Source of the DNA: Flaccisagitta enflata
Lineage: Eukaryota
Length of the DNA stretch: 64,000 nucleotides
Assembly: GCA_965153355.1 (NCBI GenBank)
Contig: OZ231126.1
Coordinates: 3,844,001-3,908,000, forward strand
Direction of reading: 5' to 3'
The first letter of the stretch is position 1; every line of letters begins with the position of its first letter. A program made the translations under genes and the position numbers. Below the pieces are notes generated by a model, which was not told where the DNA came from, searched no databases, and saw only the letters and a list, made by a program, of their open reading frames with translations. Positions 58,217-64,000 of the stretch are shown here, in pieces.

Positions 58217-60983
58217 ACGAGATCGAGGTCCTCCGAGGATCGAACTAGAAAGATTAGAAACGTAACGTTTGATTCGATTTTGTATAGTTAAGCAGTCATC
58301 AAATGTCCCCCACGAATCGCCGGCGACGCGTTGGTAGGAGTCCGGAAACAGTAACGACCGCCGCAGACGACTGATGGACATGATCTAATTTTTATACTGA
58401 CTGACATACCGACTTTCATTTAGATGGATGGCGTTGAATGTATGAATATGTGTGATTTAGCTCGGACTTAAATAGGCAAGCATACAATTCTTTCACTTAT
58501 GCAAGTGAAACTTAATCAGATTATCCTCTGATGCAGAATGACTTGATCTTCCTTAGCTTAGAAGCTCAAAAACACAAACTTATGGCGGTACTGTTGGGCG
58601 CGTCTCAAAACCGGATGAGCCTGGAATGATTGAAGCTCTTTAAACTACAAAACTTAGATTTCAAATCTTTCTTGCGTGAGCATGACTAAGAAACAGACCG
58701 TCTAAACAGCCTGCCACGCGGGACTTTTTAATGCACCTTATCACTGAAATGAATGCCTTTTCATGTGAAATATCGATGTAAAGAGGAGTGACGCCAAGGA
58801 CGGCGCGCCAAAACATTCGTCGTCGTGTAAGTTAGTCATTGTAGATCATTCACCCATCGAATATAAAGAGAAGATGGTCGGCCGAAGAAGAAGATTCGTC
58901 GATATTTCGCTGTCTGATGGAGCAACCCACACATTCATTCCATTTTCAGTTTAAACAAGCTCTGTCGCTTTAGTACAACCACGCAATTCTATGAAATCTA
59001 AAAAGATACTTTTTCATCCCATGACGTTTCCAACCCCGAAGCGGGAGCTCAGTAAAAACGTCATACAATGAATCAAATTAAAACTTATTCCTTAATCCCG
59101 ACAACAAACGGCAACGATGAAAGGGCCAACAATCGCGTTTGTTTTTAGCGCCTGCTTTCCATCACTTCATGATTATTGTCTTTACACAGAGATCTGAGCC
59201 GCGTCAATGTCAATTCTTTTTATCCTCATCAACTTCCCATTTCATTCATTTTTGTATGTATCATTGTATCAATGCCCGATAAAGATCGAAGCCTATTCTT
59301 GACTAAAGCTTACAGAGTGAATGCATGGATGGGGCAGTCGGGCCATTGTTCGTCGACCTCAGATTTTTCTTCTGTTTGCACAGTTTCTGTGACCTGCGGC
59401 CTACGAGCTAAACGGACTGCCAGTGGGTGCTGTAGTGCATTGAGAGGTGGATTCAAGAAAAAGTAAAACTTGCCGGCAATTATCTCGTCAGTCAGCCAAA
59501 TCACAATGCGCATGTCTGAAGGTCAGAGGTTCGAAACTGATTTCGGCTCGTCTTTTAATCACTGTTTTCGTCAGACACCATTGAATATTAGAGATAACTT
59601 ACTTAAATCGTTGCCTTTCACTGGGGTTGAAATTGTCTCACCCATCGAGTCTCTACTGAGACAAATCTGTCGTCACCAGACTGCCAGATAGATTCGACGT
59701 AGTCGGCGTTGAGAAAGAAGCGTCTTGCCGAATCGCGACGACCGGTGGATGAAGAATTTTTGCGTTAACGTCCACGATGAGGAGGACGAAGCGGCGCCGC
59801 TGACGGCGCCGTGAAAGAAGCGGCGTCGTTGGGAAGAAACGATGCTCCAATTCCCGTTCCCCTTTACGACAGAGGAGGGATGAAGAAGTCCCGAAAGTTC
59901 CGACCGTTTTCGCGCTGGCGCCCGAGACGAAGAGAAGTTCGAAGTTGCACCACTGACGGCGCCATAAAGAAAGCGGCGAAATCCAACTTGCCGTGGGAAC
60001 GATAATAACAAATCCCTGAGACCCTTTGGGGTAGTGATAGGGTCAAGGCTGTGGCATCAAATCACGTGAGGCTATTAATTCTGTGATATAGCCCTATTTG
60101 GAAGGAATCTCAGAAATCAACATTCGATCGCTTTAACTTTCCGATGCCCAAATACATTGATCTGCCTCAGTCTCAGGCCTGAATCTCAGAATCTGGTGGT
60201 TCTCACATTTGGCTTAACCACGGCGGGCACATCCGATGAACCGGACGGTAGGAGGGCGTAAAAATCACTGGGATTTCCAACCGCCGCTTCCAAGCCCTCC
60301 GATACATGGCACCACACACCGGGCATCTGTACTTGACCAACTTATTCTTGACTTCACAATCGTTCAATTGAAAACAACAGGTCTCAAACAGAATTGAGTT
60401 CTCATGAAATTGATTACTTAACTGAAATTGCCACTTTTGCCTCCCCTTTCCACGACAAGATGCGTCTTCGTATCTTCGAAGTCGTTGCCTCCAAGGAATG
60501 GAGATGAATAGAACTGTTGTCGTCGTCGTCCTCGGCGCCTTTGCTGAATTCATTTCTTATGTTGATGCCGTTCGAATGTCCTTTCTTTTTCCATTTGACT
60601 TTTTTTTCATTCTCTTTTAAGAACACTGTATTGTGACTTCGCGTCGATTAAATGCGCGAGCAACACCAAAAACCCGTACATGACATTTCGGCACTAATGC
60701 CGACTGAACAGAATGGCTTCTTCGCCTGATAAAATCTGGATTTACTCTGGAGTAATGCTTGATCTGTACAAAATTTATCTCAAAACCGTTGCTAATATGC
60801 CAAATGAGCTAGTCGCTATGTCTCTTACCTATGCAACACCTCCGAAGTAGTTGACCAGAACAATGGGATCCCCTAAGATATATGATACATAAATTTTGAT
60901 AATTTTTTTTTTCTCTGTAAAATGTCACGTCGACGTGTATATACACAGGTTGTATTTACAGATGATAAACGAAAATGATCGTC

Positions 60984-61057
<74 letters not shown>

Positions 61058-61073
61058 GCACGGCTTAAAGTTT

Positions 61074-62033
61074 CTAGTGACGTCGCAACGCTGCGGCGTA
61101 GGCGAGTGGATAAGCTTCCGACGTATTTGGCGGTGAAGTAACAGATTCGTTTCCTTCTGCGGTGGCGACGATAAGCGACTCGAGACGTTGGAATCCGATT
61201 CTCATGTCGTTTTCCAGTTGAGTTATTTTATTGTCAATGAGAGCGTGACCGACTTGCAGTTCCTCGATATCACGCCGATTTCTTTCAATCTCTGGGTCGA
61301 CGCTTGGTGGAAGATATTTTATCAATGCAGTTGAGGAAGCTGCTGCGAGTGTCGTCGGTTCAGAGAAAGGAGACACGGACGCAATTTCTAGTCCTTTTTC
61401 TTCAAACTCCGTTGACTCATAATCAACCGCGAAATTGAAAGCTTCGTCGATATTTAGTTTATCACGTTTGCAGAGGCGTCGTAACTTCCGTTGTAGTTTG
61501 GCGTCTTCGATGCCGCAGATGAAGCGATTAACGAGCTGACGCTGGTATTCGGCGTCGACGGTTTTTAGTTCGGGCTGATAGAGGTTGACGCGTCGGACGA
61601 GTTCGTTTTTGAAAGCGACCATGGTAAGATCTCCCTTTTTGAAACTTTCAGGATTTGAAAGAAAAAGTTGCTTTTCCTCCTCGTTGATGTAAAGCTTCGT
61701 CAATACGTCGTTAAGATCTGTCCAGTCGTTCTTGATGTCATCGTCGAGATTGAGATAGGCTGTCAGCGTTGCACCTGACTCAAGCTTACTCCCAATTAAA
61801 GAACAACACGCGTCGTCGAGTTGGGCAGCGTCATCGTCTCCCTGTTTAAGGCCATGAGCGGCCCTGACATTTTCCCTAAAGTAGACGCTGAATGAACTCC
61901 AGTCTTGTCCGATGGAAAATGACTTACAATTTATTGCTCTGACTGTCGGTGCTGAAGGCGCCGTCTGCGCCGTCTGTTCGTTGTTTGTCAAGACTGTCAG
62001 TCGGGCTAAGATATTGGCCAAACTTTCACTCAT
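61074..62033 (-). CDS. gag: Gag-like capsid protein, 319 aa
   Basis: Uninterrupted ORF in the gag position with Gypsy capsid-like motifs FSIGQDWSSF..YF, RFICGIEDAKLQRKL and IDEAFNFAVDYE, plus a C-terminal coiled-coil-like segment. Confidence 0.85.
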   Translation of the reverse strand: MSESLANILARLTVLTNNEQTAQTAPSAPTVRAINCKSFSIGQDWSSFSVYFRENVRAAHGLKQGDDDAAQLDDACCSLIGSKLESGATLTAYLNLDDDIKNDWTDLNDVLTKLYINEEEKQLFLSNPESFKKGDLTMVAFKNELVRRVNLYQPELKTVDAEYQRQLVNRFICGIEDAKLQRKLRRLCKRDKLNIDEAFNFAVDYESTEFEEKGLEIASVSPFSEPTTLAAASSTALIKYLPPSVDPEIERNRRDIEELQVGHALIDNKITQLENDMRIGFQRLESLIVATAEGNESVTSPPNTSEAYPLAYAAALRRH

Positions 62034-62789
62034 ATTGATTGTCGGAGAATTTTGATAAAATAAAATATATATTAGGCAATCCCAAGCTCCCCAGATGTCA
62101 GAAAATATTCAAAGCGTGAAGGGCGGTAAGAGATCGGTTAAAGCTGATGCAACTCGCTATAGGCAGTAAGAACAATGAGATAAAATGGCGAATATACACT
62201 GTAATGTACAGTTATACAATGTCAAATTGACTTGAAACGAGAGGCTGATGCCAACGGAATAATGAATGTTTGATGATGATGGGTAAGAAGAGATGAAGAT
62301 TGGCGATAAAAGCGGATGATATTCACAGATGAATAAATGAAACGTCTTGCTGTTCTGAGCCCAGGTGGAGAAAAAAAACTTATTGCTTTTGCTGAAATAA
62401 CCTTGGAGATGACGCCTTTTCTTCCTTAAGTTAGATCTGAGTTCTGACTTAACTTAAAAACTGAAATCAAACGATCGGTCAAAGTTACTTTTCCATGCTG
62501 AGTCTACGTCTCGGTGGGCGGCACCGGACACCTTGCGCGTCTTTCTTCCTAGCGATGAAGCACGCCCCTATGTATCATAATCTTTGAGCGGGTTTTGGTG
62601 TTGCTCCCCGAGCTTAGCCCCGACGGAAACTCCTTTGCTCAACAAATGTTGGCCCCACGACTACGGCTGCTCTCAACATGAAACTGAAACTTGTCAGGTC
62701 GATAAATTAATGTAGATTAACTGTGAGAAGGTATCCTTTGAAACGGCTGCGGGCTTAATGGCTCGGGTACGCGCGATAGTGTAACTATT

Positions 62790-62807
62790 CCCGGGCATGA
62801 GGCACCA
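62790..62807 (-). other. Primer-binding site
   Basis: TGGTGCCTCATGCCCGGG lies one base from the 5' LTR and begins with TGG, complementary to tRNA CCA. The tRNA was not identified. Confidence 0.85.
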
Positions 62808-62808
62808 G

Positions 62809-63346
62809 TATAGAAACGCGACAAACAGACAAACAAACCCAAAACTGGGCAGGGCATCGGGCAATGGCAGGAATACTCACGTCGTCTCTGAGGATACGGC
62901 TCTCTCCAAGATCTGCCACTGGGCAGGGACGTCCTCTACAACCCAAATGGCGATGAAGCGGGAAGGTCACCCACAAACAAACCTCCCCAAGCAAAAGCTG
63001 TAATGTCCGTAGACTTATCACTTACAGAGGCAGTTTCATATCTCTCTTTGGGCCTCTTTGGGCAAAATATCTCCACTAGAGTCTGGGCTGGAAAAATGGC
63101 ACAAAAATCAGGATGATAGCATGAGGTCTTTATTGTAGCAGGGCAGCAGCAAGACCGAATATGAGAATGGACAATGTTCAAAGGTAGGGGATTGTAAGGG
63201 GGCAAATGTTGGGGAAGAGGAAGAGGACCCGTGGCGCCACCTGTAGGGACAAAAGGGAATCGATAAGAGGGCGCCAGTGTAGATCGGGCAAAAGAGCAAA
63301 AAAACATGATGGCGGATATGGGCTTTCAGTCTGTACGGGTTCAACA
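62809..63346 (-). repeat. 5' LTR
   Basis: Identical by eye to 57665-58202 and followed by the TGCT TSD. Confidence 0.95.
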
Positions 63347-63366
63347 TGCTGTCTATCTAATTACCG

Positions 63367-63443
<77 letters not shown>

Positions 63444-64000
63444 CTATTGGATACATTAAATCGTTATTGGATAGCGTCGTTTTGGATGTATATGCAGCGG
63501 ATATGGGCCTGTATAGTTGGATGGATTATCGTGGATTATATGGATGGATTATATGGATGGATTATTATGAATGGATTTTGGCTATCGTGATATTAAGGAA
63601 CAGTGGTTCGACATGGCTGATGAACATTATGGAAAGAAGGTTGACGACATCGCTGTCAAAGACTGTTAATATTTTGGTGTTTTGACATTGTATTATTGAT
63701 GATTTTTATTTCTATGTTATTGAAAGTGTTGTTCTACATAGGAGTTGGCTCGCTGTTCCCAATACTTATATGTCTTTTTCTCCCTCTCTTGCAGAAAAAT
63801 GTTTAGGAGCATTGCTGCTCATCTGTGAGGGTGTTTTGGAGGATTCTAGCTAATTTAGCTCACATAGCTCAGTTGTTTTTTTTAATCTTAAATATGATAA
63901 ATGAATAAATATTTCGATACATGTTTAAACAAGCAGATACAAAAATGCATATTAGTGAGCATAACTGCTTATCTGTAAGGGTGTTTTTAAGCATTCTAGC

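Larger units (their letters stand above)
57665..63346 (-). mobile_element. Non-autonomous Gypsy-like LTR retrotransposon (Gag only), 5682 bp
   Basis: 538-bp LTRs at 57665-58202 and 62809-63346, TGCT 4-bp TSD, PBS at 62807-62790, PPT at 58216-58203, gag ORF, no pol motifs seen. Confidence 0.93.

Noticed and set aside
62790-62807. tRNA gene or specific primer tRNA identity
   Set aside because: Only an 18-nt PBS is present, with no cloverleaf; the isoacceptor cannot be assigned without the species tRNA set.

Overview
AT-rich, repeat-dense eukaryotic nuclear DNA, most likely from an invertebrate animal. It has GT-AG introns and no rRNA, tRNA or CRISPR that I can support. Three intron-containing genes were reconstructed by hand on the minus strand. 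(1) A 10-exon, ~1776-aa low-complexity RS/Pro-rich protein with a single type-1 B-box zinc finger (25858-14096, one apparent frameshift). (2) A complete 5-exon, 446-aa beta-tubulin (45880-43962) with substitutions in normally near-invariant GTP-pocket motifs, an RFX X-box/forkhead promoter and an EGEF tail. (3) A C-type-lectin-like gene made of small exons that the ORF track largely misses (54168 to ~28202), which appears to enclose the tubulin in an intron; a second lectin-like exon chain may lie antisense. The window starts in the C-terminal His-box of a USP-type deubiquitinase ORF. Mobile DNA includes a very young 5.7-kb LTR retrotransposon with LTRs identical by eye, TSD, PBS and PPT that encodes only Gag. 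There are also three decayed LINEs, several MITEs with verifiable TSDs (TA, 4-bp, 8-bp), and many Helentron/DINE-1-like short elements, some carrying internal minisatellites including a ~1.8-kb CCCTAA-containing 29-bp array. All calls are by eye; no searches were run.
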